Assembly: GCA_028286565.1 (NCBI GenBank)
Contig: JAQBRH010000004.1
Coordinates: 122,168-186,167 of the forward strand
DNA from: Parcubacteria group bacterium
GTDB lineage: Bacteria > Patescibacteriota > Minisyncoccia > Phycocordibacterales > Zambryskibacteraceae
Length of the DNA stretch: 64,000 nt
Reading direction: 5' to 3'
Position 1 is the stretch's first letter. Each line of letters opens with the position of its first letter. This document shows positions 43,963-54,410 of the stretch, piece after piece. The position numbers and the translations under genes are program-made. The notes below the pieces were generated by a model. That model searched no databases. It was not told where the DNA came from and was given only the letters and a program-made list of their open reading frames with translations.

Positions 43963-45732
43963 TTATGGGGCGAGGATCACTGAGAGCGACTGCCAGGCGG
44001 AACTCACGCTCACAGAACCCGTATATGTAGTATAGCCCGGCTCCGAGACGGTAACGGAGTACGTTCCCGAAGAAAGTCCGGAGAATGCGACTTGTCCCGG
44101 AGGCACGCATCCGGAAGTAAATGTGAACGACACATCGGACAGATTCGGGGTAGCGGTGCTCGAGGCGGTGCTGAGGAATAATTTGTACTTGGCATAACGG
44201 GAATTTGCGTGCCGGGTCGAGAGATCGCGCTCTGAAAGCGTATAGTAGCTGCCCCCGGTGCCGTCCGGACCGACGAACGCATACGCTCCCCCGTCGTTGT
44301 TTGAAGCGAATTGGAACTTAACGCTATTCGGCCCCGCAGCGGCGGGCTCGGAAGTAGGATTCCAGCTTATTTCTTGGAAGGTCGAGGTCGTCCCCGTGTC
44401 GAAAGCTGAGGAGATCAATTCCCCGCTCGGAGCATAACTGCCAAAGACTTGAGAGATCTTTACGTCCCCTGCCGGGCTGCCGGTCGATACGCTGAGTGAG
44501 CTTTGATACTTGGTCGGATCGCTTGAGGTGGCTTGACCGGATCCTCCTGACCAATCACTTTGAGTAATGGAACCGCGGCCGGTAAGCAGGGTTTGCGGCG
44601 AACCGTTAGAGATGGTCACTGACGCTCCTGAGATCGGCAGACCGGTGGAAGAATCAGAAACGGAGACAAGGAGCGTATTCGGATTTTTTGGTCCAAATAC
44701 AAGCTGCAGGGGTTGATTTGAGTTCGGCAGCACCGCGAGTGGCAAGAGCGGATTGGTGCCGATAAGCTCCCAAGTCGCGCTCGTATTGGTGAACGAATAT
44801 GTATCCCACTCGAGATTTGAGATGGTTTTCTGTCCCGCACTGTCTGTCGTGAGATTTTGATTATATTTATACACCGAAGGAGTGCCTATAAGCTTTGAAC
44901 CCTTCATGGTAAAAGGAATGGAGGAGACCGGGGAACAGGAAGAATCGACGGTGGAAACATTGAGAGTGCTTGTTTTATCTATGGCGAAACTCACCTGTGT
45001 CACTTGCTGAAGAGCGACCGTCGCATGGGGCTTGGTCGGATTCGAATTCCCCGCTCCCCCAAGAGGATATGTTTGATCGGTCGAATACCCGGGCTTTGAG
45101 ACGCTGATGCGATAACTCGAAGCAAACGGAGGAACATCGACGATCTGAAGTATCCCCTGAGCATTCGTGGTGTCATCGATCGTTAGGGTCGGCGTGGTCG
45201 ATGAGTTTGCAATGTGCACGTCCGCATCAGAAACAGGCTGGCCGTTCGCATCGAATGTCTGAACGAAGAGAGCCCCGTTCGTCGAAGCCGTTTCAAGGTT
45301 CCGCGGCGAGACCCGCCCAGTAAAGATGACCGGTGCAAAGTTTTTGCACGTCCCGCACAGCACTTCCACCTCAACGAGCTTGTAGTCGGCAGGAGACGTA
45401 TCGTTTGGAGTAGCGCCGATCCGGCCGTCAAAGGGGTCGTCGACGTTTCTGATCGTGGTCGTCACCTGAAAGCTGATGTTGTCGCGGACAATGGTTTGCA
45501 CATGCGGAACGATGCCGTTCGGGATGCCGCCCGGCTCCCCGACGTTCGCATACGGCAGATTTCGGACGACTTCAAATTCTTCGTTCGCAAGATCGGACGC
45601 TAGGATCTTAAAATGCGAGGACGAGACCGTCGCATAGACCGAGGCATAGCTTTGATAGATAGCCATGGCGACGATAACGAATATCGTCACCCCGACCAGG
45701 ATCTCGACCAGAGTAAAGCCTCGTTGTTTCAT
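43963..45732 (-). CDS. Large type IV prepilin-like protein (589 aa; RGFTLVEIL N-terminus) with a long beta-rich extracellular region
   Basis: Canonical prepilin N-terminus, then ~550 aa rich in S/T/G/N. Start placed at MKQRGFTLVEIL. Confidence 0.7.
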   Translation of the reverse strand: MKQRGFTLVEILVGVTIFVIVAMAIYQSYASVYATVSSSHFKILASDLANEEFEVVRNLPYANVGEPGGIPNGIVPHVQTIVRDNISFQVTTTIRNVDDPFDGRIGATPNDTSPADYKLVEVEVLCGTCKNFAPVIFTGRVSPRNLETASTNGALFVQTFDANGQPVSDADVHIANSSTTPTLTIDDTTNAQGILQIVDVPPFASSYRISVSKPGYSTDQTYPLGGAGNSNPTKPHATVALQQVTQVSFAIDKTSTLNVSTVDSSCSPVSSIPFTMKGSKLIGTPSVYKYNQNLTTDSAGQKTISNLEWDTYSFTNTSATWELIGTNPLLPLAVLPNSNQPLQLVFGPKNPNTLLVSVSDSSTGLPISGASVTISNGSPQTLLTGRGSITQSDWSGGSGQATSSDPTKYQSSLSVSTGSPAGDVKISQVFGSYAPSGELISSAFDTGTTSTFQEISWNPTSEPAAAGPNSVKFQFASNNDGGAYAFVGPDGTGGSYYTLSERDLSTRHANSRYAKYKLFLSTASSTATPNLSDVSFTFTSGCVPPGQVAFSGLSSGTYSVTVSEPGYTTYTGSVSVSSAWQSLSVILAP

Positions 45733-45733
45733 A

Positions 45734-46948
45734 TTAAATATTATTGACCAGAGAATACGTAGGCGCGAGCATCGAGATGGCAAAGACCCCGACGCCCGCC
45801 CCGATGATGATCATGAGCACGGGCTCGATGATGGTCGAAAGGTCCTTGGTCTTTTCCTCAACCTCCGCTTCGTAGTAGATGGCAACTTGGAGAAGCATAT
45901 CCGAGATCTTGCCCGTTTCTTCTCCGACGGCGATCATCTCCCCGACGAATGGAGGGTACAGGCCCTCATATTCCATGAACACCGAAGACATCGGCTCTCC
46001 TTTTTGGATGACCGTGCGGGCCACGTCGAGGGTTTTTTTGTACAAAGAGTTCTGCACCACATCGATCGTGACGCCGAGAGCCACCACCACGTCTACTCCG
46101 GAAGAAAGGAGCGAGGAAAGAGTGCGCGCGGCGCGAGCGCTTTGGACCTCCTTCACGATCTCTCCGATGACCGGGATGCGGATAGAAACGATATCCATGA
46201 CCCGCTGGCCGGGAGCGCTCTTTAGCGCGAAGGTCCCGCCGACGATAAGCCCGAGAAGCGCGCCCAGCACGATAAAGGTATGGTTAACCATGAAATCGCT
46301 CGCGGCGATGATCACCCGAGTAGAGAGAGGGAGCTCTGCGCCGATACCCTTGAAGGTAGCCGTCAGGGTAGGCACCATGTACACGAGCATTAGGATGGCG
46401 ATGACGATCATGGCCGAGAGGATGACCGCCGGATAGATAAGCGCACCCTTGACCTTTTTGGTCAAAGCAAAGGATTTATCCATCTGGCTGGCGACGATCT
46501 CAAGCGAGTTCGAGAGGTTCCCCGACTCTTCACCGGCCTTCACCATCGAGACGAAGAGGGACGAGAAGATATGAGGGCGCTTTCGCATGGAGTCCGAGAG
46601 AGTTTCTCCCTTGCTGACGTCGGAGGCAAGATCCGAGAGGAGCTGCTTCAAGTTCTTGTTCTTGGCCTGCTTTTCCATCACGGCAAGCGCTCGGGTCACC
46701 GAAAGACCGGCCTTGATCATGGTGCCCAGATTCCTGGCAAGGAGGATCTTGTCATGGGTCTTGATGCCTTTAAAGAGACTGTTGAAAATACCCCCGAGAG
46801 AAATCCCCGGGCGCGTTTCTTTGACCTCGATAACTGTCCCGCCTTCTTCTCTGATGGCCGCATAGAGCTCCACTCGGCTTGCGGCTTCATGGGTACCCTG
46901 ATATGACTTCCCTTCTTTATCTTTGGCTGTGTATGAATATATGGTCAT
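45734..46948 (-). CDS. pilC: Type IV pilus assembly platform protein PilC / GspF family
   Basis: Two repeated T2SS-F domains with 3 TM segments (..GETLSDSM.., ..GEPMSSVF..). Confidence 0.93.
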   Translation of the reverse strand: MTIYSYTAKDKEGKSYQGTHEAASRVELYAAIREEGGTVIEVKETRPGISLGGIFNSLFKGIKTHDKILLARNLGTMIKAGLSVTRALAVMEKQAKNKNLKQLLSDLASDVSKGETLSDSMRKRPHIFSSLFVSMVKAGEESGNLSNSLEIVASQMDKSFALTKKVKGALIYPAVILSAMIVIAILMLVYMVPTLTATFKGIGAELPLSTRVIIAASDFMVNHTFIVLGALLGLIVGGTFALKSAPGQRVMDIVSIRIPVIGEIVKEVQSARAARTLSSLLSSGVDVVVALGVTIDVVQNSLYKKTLDVARTVIQKGEPMSSVFMEYEGLYPPFVGEMIAVGEETGKISDMLLQVAIYYEAEVEEKTKDLSTIIEPVLMIIIGAGVGVFAISMLAPTYSLVNNI

Positions 46949-46966
46949 GTGTGTGATGAGCTCGAA

Positions 46967-48718
46967 CTATTCAGATATGACGCGGAGCACTTCTTCGATC
47001 GTGGTGACGCCCTCAACCGCTTTGAACACCCCGTCCTCGATCATAGTCATCATACCGTCTTTCTTGGCTTGCTCTTCTATCTCATGGATAGATGCGCCCT
47101 TGATCACAAGATTACGAATGGTTTCGGTTACTTTCAAGGCTTCATGGATGCCGATCCGGCCCTGGTAGCCGTCTTCGCTGTCCGCGCTCGCTTTTGGCCT
47201 CCAAAACGGGACTTTGTCCCAATCGGCTCCCTTCTCAACGAGCTTCTCTTCTTTCATGAGCGCCATCATGCGATCAAGATCGACGATCTTTCCGAGGGAA
47301 GCGATCTCTTCTTTATTCAAAAAATATTTTTCTTTGTTCTCTCCGATCTTCCTGATCAGACGCTGGGCGATCACCACATTCAAGGTCGACACGAGGAGGA
47401 ACGGCTCAACCTTCATGTCGACGAGTCGAGGGATGGCTCCGGCGGCGGAGTTGGTGTGAAGGGTCGAGAGCACCAAGTGCCCGGTCAGGGCCGCGTTCAC
47501 CGAGAGCGCGGCGGTCTCATTGTCTCGGATCTCTCCCACCATGATGATGTCCGGGTCCTGGCGAACGAGCGTACGCAACCCTTGGGCAAAGCTGAATCCG
47601 ATCTCCGGACGCACTTGGGTCTGGTTGATCCGCTTCATTTGGTATTCGATCGGATCTTCAATGGTAGAAATGTTGACGTCCGGCGTGTTCAACACATCGA
47701 GCACTGTGTAGAGGGTCGTCGTTTTACCCGAGCCGGTCGGACCGGTCGTGAGGATAAGTCCGGTGGTCGACTTCATGGCTTTGTGGATCACTTCGAGCGC
47801 ATAGCCGTGGAATCCGAGGCTCTCGAGGGTAAATCCGGATACGGATTCTCGGAGGAGGCGCATGACGGTCTTTTCTCCGTAGTAGACCGGGAGCGTCGAA
47901 ACGCGGAACGAGACCTTTTCTCCGTTCATGTCTATTTTGAATCGCCCGTCCTGAGGCACGCGCTTTTCATCAAGCTTCAGATTTGAAAGCACCTTGATGC
48001 GCGCGGTGATGCCCGAAGCGGTGTTCTTTGGCAGAACCATGGCGTCGTGGAGAAGCCCGTCGATCCTATAGCGGACCAAAACCTGCAGCTCTTCGGGCTC
48101 TATATGGATATCGGATGCGTCCTGGATGATGGCGTGCTTCAAGAGCGTGTCGACGATGCGGACGACGGGCACGTCTTCGGCAAGCTTTTTAAGATCCTTT
48201 TCATCCGCCTCTTCCCCTTCCTTCTCGGATACGGCGCGGAGAGAGCCCGCTTCCTTTTGGATAATGTCGCCGAACTCCGCCTTCAGGCTCTTTTGATACA
48301 GGAGAAGCGCCCACTTCATGGATTCGTTGTCGGTTAGGCGGGGCAAAATTCGGAGACCCACCTTTTTCTTGACGAAGTCTATAGCCGTCAGGTCTTCGGT
48401 ATCGAGCATGGCCACTTCGAGCGTCGCTTCGCCTTTTTTAAAGGCTACGATGTTGTGGTTTCGGGCGATCGGCTCAGGGATGAGAGAAAGGACTCCGAAA
48501 TCGAGCTTCTGGTTTTTAAGGTCAACGAAAGGAATGCCGAGGATATAGGCCTGCATCCGGCGGAGATCATCGTCGGTAATAATGCCTTTTTGGGCCAAGA
48601 GCTTCCCTATGTTCGTTTTCTTCTCGAGAGCCTCTTTGGCCGCTTCTTCTATCTCTTTCTTCGAGACAAGTCCCGAATCAAGAAGAAAATTTTTTAACTG
48701 AGTCTCATCAATGTGCAT
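46967..48718 (-). CDS. pilB: Type IV pilus assembly ATPase PilB / GspE family
   Basis: Walker A GPTGSGKTTTLY, Asp box, Walker B and His box. Start taken at MHIDETQL (ATG 48718) because the track ORF extends further upstream. Confidence 0.95.
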   Translation of the reverse strand: MHIDETQLKNFLLDSGLVSKKEIEEAAKEALEKKTNIGKLLAQKGIITDDDLRRMQAYILGIPFVDLKNQKLDFGVLSLIPEPIARNHNIVAFKKGEATLEVAMLDTEDLTAIDFVKKKVGLRILPRLTDNESMKWALLLYQKSLKAEFGDIIQKEAGSLRAVSEKEGEEADEKDLKKLAEDVPVVRIVDTLLKHAIIQDASDIHIEPEELQVLVRYRIDGLLHDAMVLPKNTASGITARIKVLSNLKLDEKRVPQDGRFKIDMNGEKVSFRVSTLPVYYGEKTVMRLLRESVSGFTLESLGFHGYALEVIHKAMKSTTGLILTTGPTGSGKTTTLYTVLDVLNTPDVNISTIEDPIEYQMKRINQTQVRPEIGFSFAQGLRTLVRQDPDIIMVGEIRDNETAALSVNAALTGHLVLSTLHTNSAAGAIPRLVDMKVEPFLLVSTLNVVIAQRLIRKIGENKEKYFLNKEEIASLGKIVDLDRMMALMKEEKLVEKGADWDKVPFWRPKASADSEDGYQGRIGIHEALKVTETIRNLVIKGASIHEIEEQAKKDGMMTMIEDGVFKAVEGVTTIEEVLRVISE

Positions 48719-48806
48719 TGAAAATATTTTATCACGATTATGGATATTAAAATCAACAAAAGAAAAAGGCCCACGCAACTTCGCGTGGGTCCGTACATCA
48801 TTTACT

Positions 48807-50123
48807 TCATGGAGCAACCGGCTCATATACATCCACCGGCTCTTCAGCACTCGCTCCGAACTTCTTTACCCGCTCACCCTGGTGAGCTTGGGGAAGCGAG
48901 AGACGTGTGTTGAGCGTACGCTCCGCAGCTGCGACAGCATCCATGAGCTGGATGTATGCCACGTCTTCCAGACTGAAGGTGCTGCTGGACCACATCACCG
49001 AGGCCCATGAGTTGGTGTGCCCAAAGCTCAGCACATGGCCGATTTCATGGCGAACGGTGCCGCCGTTATGGAAGTCGTCCCCCGTACGGGCGTTGACCGA
49101 TCCATAACTGAAATCACGGCCAGATATGGCGCCGAAACTTCCTCCTGCATGCGTTCCACCTGCGATTTTCAGCTCGATTGATCCGATAGGACCCGTGCAA
49201 GCTGTCTGGGAACTCGAGGCGGCAAACACCACCCTGCCCACAATCTGTTGAATGACTGCGGCAAAGGACCAGAAGCTTGCCGAATCATCGGCAGACATGG
49301 TTCCGAGAGCCGTTGTGCAAGCAAGAGTGGGTATGGCGCGGGGGTAACTGCCTACCGTGTATTTCCACGGCTTTCCTACCTGCCGACCACGTGTATAGAA
49401 CCCAGAAACTTCTCCCGATCCAGCTGGCGGAGCATAGGCGGCCTCAAGATCAACTGTGATCTTGGCGCCACCGTAGAGATCTCCCTTGATCGTCCACACC
49501 GCCGGAATACCGACAATGTTGAACGAAGAGAAGTACCGCTTTGGCACTCGGCCGAAGAAATCCTTCATCCTGGCACTTGGATCGATCGCCCGGAACACAA
49601 CAGTGTCTCCGAGAGCGAACTTGGTCGGAAGCGAGAAGGTACAATCGTTATGCACCTGAGTCGCATCTTCCTTGTTCTCTCCGGCAAAGACCATCGTACC
49701 CGTCGGGCATGATGAGCCGTCTGCCATTGCAATCTGCCCAATGATCAGAGGAGCGGCAACTACCACTTCAACGGAATCGACTTTCGTGACACCGCTCGCC
49801 GTGACTGCCGCCTTGATCACATGCTTCCCGATGGAAGCAGTGACACCTGAGCATAGCGTGACGGGGATACCGTCAACTGTGCACGAGATCTGAACATTCG
49901 ATAGCGTACTCGGAGAGTACCCTACCGTTACAGGGATCGTGGCGTTCGGCCACGTTGCCTGGGTCGGGTTCACTACGGCTGGCGCCGAGATGGAAGCTGA
50001 CACGAGGGCTTGTGTAGCCGTTGTGTCAACCGGATCGATACGAGGCTTGGTAGCCCCGTCCCCGCCGCAAGCGACGAGTGCGGCCGCCACAGCGGTCGCG
50101 AGACGCGCGAATGTCGGACGCAT
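48807..50123 (-). CDS. Predicted lipoprotein zinc metallopeptidase (metzincin HExxHxxGxxH)
   Basis: Signal peptide with lipobox LVAC-GG and catalytic HEIGHVLSFGH. The gene is visibly GC-richer than the flanking pilus genes. Confidence 0.7.
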   Translation of the reverse strand: MRPTFARLATAVAAALVACGGDGATKPRIDPVDTTATQALVSASISAPAVVNPTQATWPNATIPVTVGYSPSTLSNVQISCTVDGIPVTLCSGVTASIGKHVIKAAVTASGVTKVDSVEVVVAAPLIIGQIAMADGSSCPTGTMVFAGENKEDATQVHNDCTFSLPTKFALGDTVVFRAIDPSARMKDFFGRVPKRYFSSFNIVGIPAVWTIKGDLYGGAKITVDLEAAYAPPAGSGEVSGFYTRGRQVGKPWKYTVGSYPRAIPTLACTTALGTMSADDSASFWSFAAVIQQIVGRVVFAASSSQTACTGPIGSIELKIAGGTHAGGSFGAISGRDFSYGSVNARTGDDFHNGGTVRHEIGHVLSFGHTNSWASVMWSSSTFSLEDVAYIQLMDAVAAAERTLNTRLSLPQAHQGERVKKFGASAEEPVDVYEPVAP

Positions 50124-50253
50124 GGAACACCCTCCTTATGAGTTTATGAAGCAAACGATGACGAAGATCAGTGGGATACAATAATCCCAAGCCTAAGTCA
50201 ATAGTACTTTATATATAGGAATGTGTCAAGACTCTTACAACTCAAGTTGTGGA

Positions 50254-50733
50254 TTACTGGCGGACGACAAAACTGAGGAGAACGTTCATTCTTTGATCAT
50301 TTGGTGTGATGGTGATGGTAAGTTCCCCATTACCTTTTGTCGCAATATAGGCGGTATGCGAAACCGACTTGTCACCTAAGGTTATTTTATACCCCTTGTC
50401 TTTAAGATAGTTTGCGTAAATAACCGAGAGTTCTTCCTGCTGTTTCGCCGAAAAATAGCTTACGTTCGAAACCGTTGCCTTTCTATCGGGATACGAAAGG
50501 GTTTCAGACTGAGTGACATTCTCTATCTCTATAGGAATATCACTTGGTAAACCCGCAGGAAGCTTGCTTTGTCCTTGGACCGATGCGACATCCACGGGAT
50601 CGTAGATTACATTCTCGCTTGAGAACTTTGTTGCTGGCGTGCTTGATCTATATTTCATGAACAAGAGAACTCCGGCGACGACCAGAACCGCTACCAAGAG
50701 AACGGGCAGGATGGGTTTAGTTTTGTTTTCCAT
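50254..50733 (-). CDS. Membrane-anchored hypothetical protein (159 aa)
   Basis: N-terminal TM (ILPVLLVAVLVVAGVLLF) followed by a soluble domain; no motifs. Confidence 0.5.
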   Translation of the reverse strand: MENKTKPILPVLLVAVLVVAGVLLFMKYRSSTPATKFSSENVIYDPVDVASVQGQSKLPAGLPSDIPIEIENVTQSETLSYPDRKATVSNVSYFSAKQQEELSVIYANYLKDKGYKITLGDKSVSHTAYIATKGNGELTITITPNDQRMNVLLSFVVRQ

Positions 50734-50738
50734 ATATG

Positions 50739-53060
50739 TTAGATTTCTTGGAATCGAGGATTAAGGTTCACTTGGATGGTCCCTGCCGGACAGGTCCCTC
50801 GTGATCCGTTCCTGTCCGTCACAGTTGCTTGAGCGGTCTTTAAACCGGAAGTTGTGTATTGAACACCGAACGAGGCAGTTGTCGGAGACGGGCTCGGAAG
50901 GCTCGGTCCGGACCATGCATACGTATACGGGGCAACTCCTGTGCCGGAGACGGAGGCGTTCCACGTCACCGTATTCCCAACGATGGTAGTACCGGAAGGA
51001 TTAGAGGTACAGGAGACTGAGATGGCCGCAGAGGGAGTAACGGTCAGGGTGAAAGAAGTTGTCTTGTTGGGAGTACCGGCGGAAGACCCTGTTACTGTGA
51101 TCGGATAGTTCCCCGTTGCCGTTCCTGCCGCGATAGACATGGTGATATTCGAACTACACGTCGGAGTTGCGGGGAAACAGCTCGAAGGAGTGGCGGTGCT
51201 TCCCGGAGGCATGCCCGATGCAGACAGGGTCACCGGTTGAGAACTGCCCGAGATCAATGTCTCAGTAATGGTGATCGCCTGCGCACCTCCTTGAGGTATA
51301 GAGACACTTCCCGGGCTTGATAGAGAGTAGTTGAATGAAGGGCCGGAAGCAGCGTAGGTAAGAGTGTATGTACCGCTTTGTCCCGGAGAAAGAGGCATTG
51401 AAGCTCCTCCGGAATTAACGCTGTTTGTTACCGTAGGGCCGGTATACCCGGACACTGCAGCAGGAGAGATCACGTATGTAGACCCGCCCGCGGCCGGAGT
51501 GACTGTGTACGATCCGCTTGTTCCGGAACCGGATACCCCCCCGGGAGCAACCGTCCACGATGTAGCCACATTCGAAGAGACGTTTATGGCCGCAGTGGTA
51601 GGAGCAGAAACGTTGACCGTCGCGCTTGCGGACGGATTCGATCCGCCGACACTTGATATACAGCTGATGGTGTACGTGGTGTTCGAGACCGGAGAGACAG
51701 CCTTGTTTCCGTTCGTCGCAGAAGAGGAATTCCAGTTTGCGCTTGGTGCAGTGCCTGAGCACGAGCTCACGTTAGTTCCGGACCAGGTCAGCGTAGCGGA
51801 ATTCCCGCTTATGATCGTTTGAGAAGCCGGGGTCAAGGTAACCGAAGCGACCGGATTGACGGTCACCACGGCCGAGGCGGTATAGGATATATTGTTAGTA
51901 CCAGTACACGTCTTTGAATACGACGTATTCGATCCGGGAGAGACGTCGGTGAATCCGTTCGTAGCAGTACCGCTCCAGAAGTTAGCGTCGCACGAGCTCA
52001 TACCTGTTGTAGCCCATGTCACTCTTGAAATTCCGCCCGAAGAAATAGTAGGAGGATTTGCAGTAACACTTATCGTCGGAGTGGAGGCACAGCTTGATGA
52101 ATTATTTCCTTGGTATGTACAGACGGGGCCGCCGTAAGATGGATCGCCGTTAACACTGACGTTCGTCCAGGGACTGCAGTTATTCGCTTCATCGGACTCA
52201 GAAACAACCCCTGTACTGTCCGCACATGATCGAACCGAATATACATACGGCTGATTTGTAACGACGGTATATGTCGAGGGTGAAGTTACAGAGGTTGATT
52301 GGGAAGTATTAAGGATAGGCGTCGGAGCATCCCAGAGAGTACTTATCGTTCCGGAACCATTTGAACCTGACGCAACCTGGAAATTGGTGTATGAAGCTGC
52401 GGCGTCTGCAGCACCCGCGTTCGAGACCTGAGCAACAAACGTATTAGCTTGGCCGGAAGTAACCGGGCTCGGGGCGCTGACTGAAGTTGCAATTAAATCT
52501 GGAGATTGAACACGCTGGCAGTTAAGAATAAAGGAAGATGAACCACCTGGATATATTAATTGAGAATTTGGAGTTGCCCCTAAGTAATTCCATCCTGCCG
52601 GCACAGAAGCAGAGATACTTACGTTAGTGCCTCCCGCAGCAGGATTGAATGTAAAGCCACCATCATCTACTCCGCCTTGTGAAAGCCCTGAGCCCGTAGC
52701 CATCCATGAAGTACCGAAGGGACAAGTGCCCTGGGCGCTGTTTGCATATATTGCCACTGTTGCAGGAGGAGGAGATGCCGGCGGGGAGAACCATATAATT
52801 TGATAATGAAAATCAGTACCGTTGTTCCACAACTGACCGTCTTGAGGATTAGATCCAAAGTCTTCGCAATATCCCGTATAAGTTGTAGTGGGGTCAGAGT
52901 AGAGCGTATCGCACGGTGGATAACCTGGCCAAGGAAAAGGATTAGGATTTTGCGCATGTACGGAAGATCGCACAAATCCGAGGCCTCCGATAAGCAAAAC
53001 CCCAAAGATAGCTACAGGCAGACAAATATTAAAAAACTTGGAACTAGACATTTTTTTCAT
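50739..53060 (-). CDS. Large secreted Ser/Thr/Gly-rich surface protein (773 aa), possible adhesin with repeated beta-sandwich modules
   Basis: N-terminal signal anchor, extreme S/T/G/N bias, and recurring modules (..TLTWSGTNVSSCSGTAPS.., ..VTWNASVSGTGVAPYTYAWSGPS..). Confidence 0.6.
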   Translation of the reverse strand: MKKMSSSKFFNICLPVAIFGVLLIGGLGFVRSSVHAQNPNPFPWPGYPPCDTLYSDPTTTYTGYCEDFGSNPQDGQLWNNGTDFHYQIIWFSPPASPPPATVAIYANSAQGTCPFGTSWMATGSGLSQGGVDDGGFTFNPAAGGTNVSISASVPAGWNYLGATPNSQLIYPGGSSSFILNCQRVQSPDLIATSVSAPSPVTSGQANTFVAQVSNAGAADAAASYTNFQVASGSNGSGTISTLWDAPTPILNTSQSTSVTSPSTYTVVTNQPYVYSVRSCADSTGVVSESDEANNCSPWTNVSVNGDPSYGGPVCTYQGNNSSSCASTPTISVTANPPTISSGGISRVTWATTGMSSCDANFWSGTATNGFTDVSPGSNTSYSKTCTGTNNISYTASAVVTVNPVASVTLTPASQTIISGNSATLTWSGTNVSSCSGTAPSANWNSSSATNGNKAVSPVSNTTYTISCISSVGGSNPSASATVNVSAPTTAAINVSSNVATSWTVAPGGVSGSGTSGSYTVTPAAGGSTYVISPAAVSGYTGPTVTNSVNSGGASMPLSPGQSGTYTLTYAASGPSFNYSLSSPGSVSIPQGGAQAITITETLISGSSQPVTLSASGMPPGSTATPSSCFPATPTCSSNITMSIAAGTATGNYPITVTGSSAGTPNKTTSFTLTVTPSAAISVSCTSNPSGTTIVGNTVTWNASVSGTGVAPYTYAWSGPSLPSPSPTTASFGVQYTTSGLKTAQATVTDRNGSRGTCPAGTIQVNLNPRFQEI

Positions 53061-53143
53061 TTATCTTTTTATTAAATTCTTATTATTATAATAACAGAAA
53101 AAGGACAAGGAAGTTTTGACTATCCCCTGCTCCGTGCCATACT

Positions 53144-53557
53144 TTGAACATGTCCCCCCTCTCCAAAAATGAATCCTCCCGATTCTGGAGGTATCTGACG
53201 AACATTTGGACCCTTCTCTTTTTTGCCCTGATTATCGACGACTTTCTCCACCGTGGGGCCTACGAAGTGCTTATCGGACCGGCGGCGGCTATCTACACGG
53301 CCTGCCTCACCATATATAGCGCCGAGAAGGAGTTCGAAAGGTGGCAGTTCTACTTCATAGGCAAGCACCCGGGTGAAGTGTACGTAGCCCTGTGGACCCT
53401 CCTCCTCTTTGGGATCTTTGCCGCCGACATTGCGACCGGAAGCGACTACAGGGTCAGCCCGGAGATCATCGCTACATATATAGTAGTTCTCGGAGTTTTG
53501 GCCATTACCAAGAAATCCAAGGCGATCTTTAAGGAACGCTGCGAGCCTCGCGAATAA
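53144..53557 (+). CDS. Small membrane protein (3-4 TM)
   Basis: Hydrophobic ORF ending 2 nt before xth. Confidence 0.45.
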   Translation: MNMSPLSKNESSRFWRYLTNIWTLLFFALIIDDFLHRGAYEVLIGPAAAIYTACLTIYSAEKEFERWQFYFIGKHPGEVYVALWTLLLFGIFAADIATGSDYRVSPEIIATYIVVLGVLAITKKSKAIFKERCEPRE

Positions 53558-53558
53558 C

Positions 53559-54359
53559 ATGACCTCGATCATCACCTGGAACGTGAATGGTATCCGAGCC
53601 GTACACAAAAAAGGCTTATTTGTGCCCTTTATAGAGGAATACAACCCGGATATCCTCGCCCTTCAGGAAACCAAGGCCGAGCGCGGCCAAGCTGAGATCG
53701 ATCTGCCTGCATATAAAGAGTACTGGAACTCTTCGACCAGAAAGAAAGGCTACAGCGGGACGGTCATTTTCACCAAAGACGAGCCCGAGGCCACGAACAT
53801 CGGTTTCCCTATGGATATAGTAGAGAAATATGGCCTAGATAAAGACTCCTACGGCGATCCGAACGCCGAAGGCCGGGTCATTACGGCCGAATATAAGGAC
53901 TTTTTCCTTGTGAATTCTTATACCCCGAACTCCAAACCCGACCTCTCTCGCCTCTCGCTTCGGCACAAGCAATGGGACCCGGCTTTCCTTGAATATGTAA
54001 AACGACTGGACGAAAAGAAGCCCGTCATCTTTACCGGAGATCTGAATGCCGCCCACACCGAGGACGATCTGGCCAATCCAAAGGCCAATGAAGGCGAGCA
54101 CGGCTTCACCAAGGAAGAGCGCGAAGGGATAGACAAGATCATCGCCGCAGGGTTCGTGGACGCCTTTAGGGAGTTCACAAAAGGCAACGGGCACTACACG
54201 TGGTGGAGCCACTTTGCCTATGCGCGAGAGCGAAATGTCGGCTGGAGAATAGACTACTTTTTCGTTTCAAAACGGCTGATGAAGCGGGTAAAAAGTGTTG
54301 AGATCCTTGATCATATTCTCGGTTCTGACCATTGTCCGGTTCGAATTGTCCTTGACTGA
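53559..54359 (+). CDS. xth: Exodeoxyribonuclease III (AP endonuclease)
   Basis: WNVNGIRA, LQETK and C-terminal SDHCPV motifs of the ExoIII/APE1 family. Confidence 0.93.
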   Translation: MTSIITWNVNGIRAVHKKGLFVPFIEEYNPDILALQETKAERGQAEIDLPAYKEYWNSSTRKKGYSGTVIFTKDEPEATNIGFPMDIVEKYGLDKDSYGDPNAEGRVITAEYKDFFLVNSYTPNSKPDLSRLSLRHKQWDPAFLEYVKRLDEKKPVIFTGDLNAAHTEDDLANPKANEGEHGFTKEEREGIDKIIAAGFVDAFREFTKGNGHYTWWSHFAYARERNVGWRIDYFFVSKRLMKRVKSVEILDHILGSDHCPVRIVLD

Positions 54360-54394
54360 TTTCCCCTCACAAAAGGACATCAAGTTTTGTTATT

Positions 54395-54410
54395 TGTGGA
54401 GTTATCCACA
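54395..54410. promoter_or_regulatory. Perfect DnaA box TTATCCACA embedded in a 16-nt palindrome TGTGGAgtTATCCACA, next to an AT-rich tract
   Basis: Exact 9-mer consensus at 54402-54410, with a second perfect box in opposite orientation at 54827-54835. Confidence 0.5.

Noticed and set aside
46949-47986. 345-aa plus-strand ORF opposite pilB
   Set aside because: It is antisense to a gene with Walker A/B and His-box ATPase motifs, with an H/R/D-rich junk composition.
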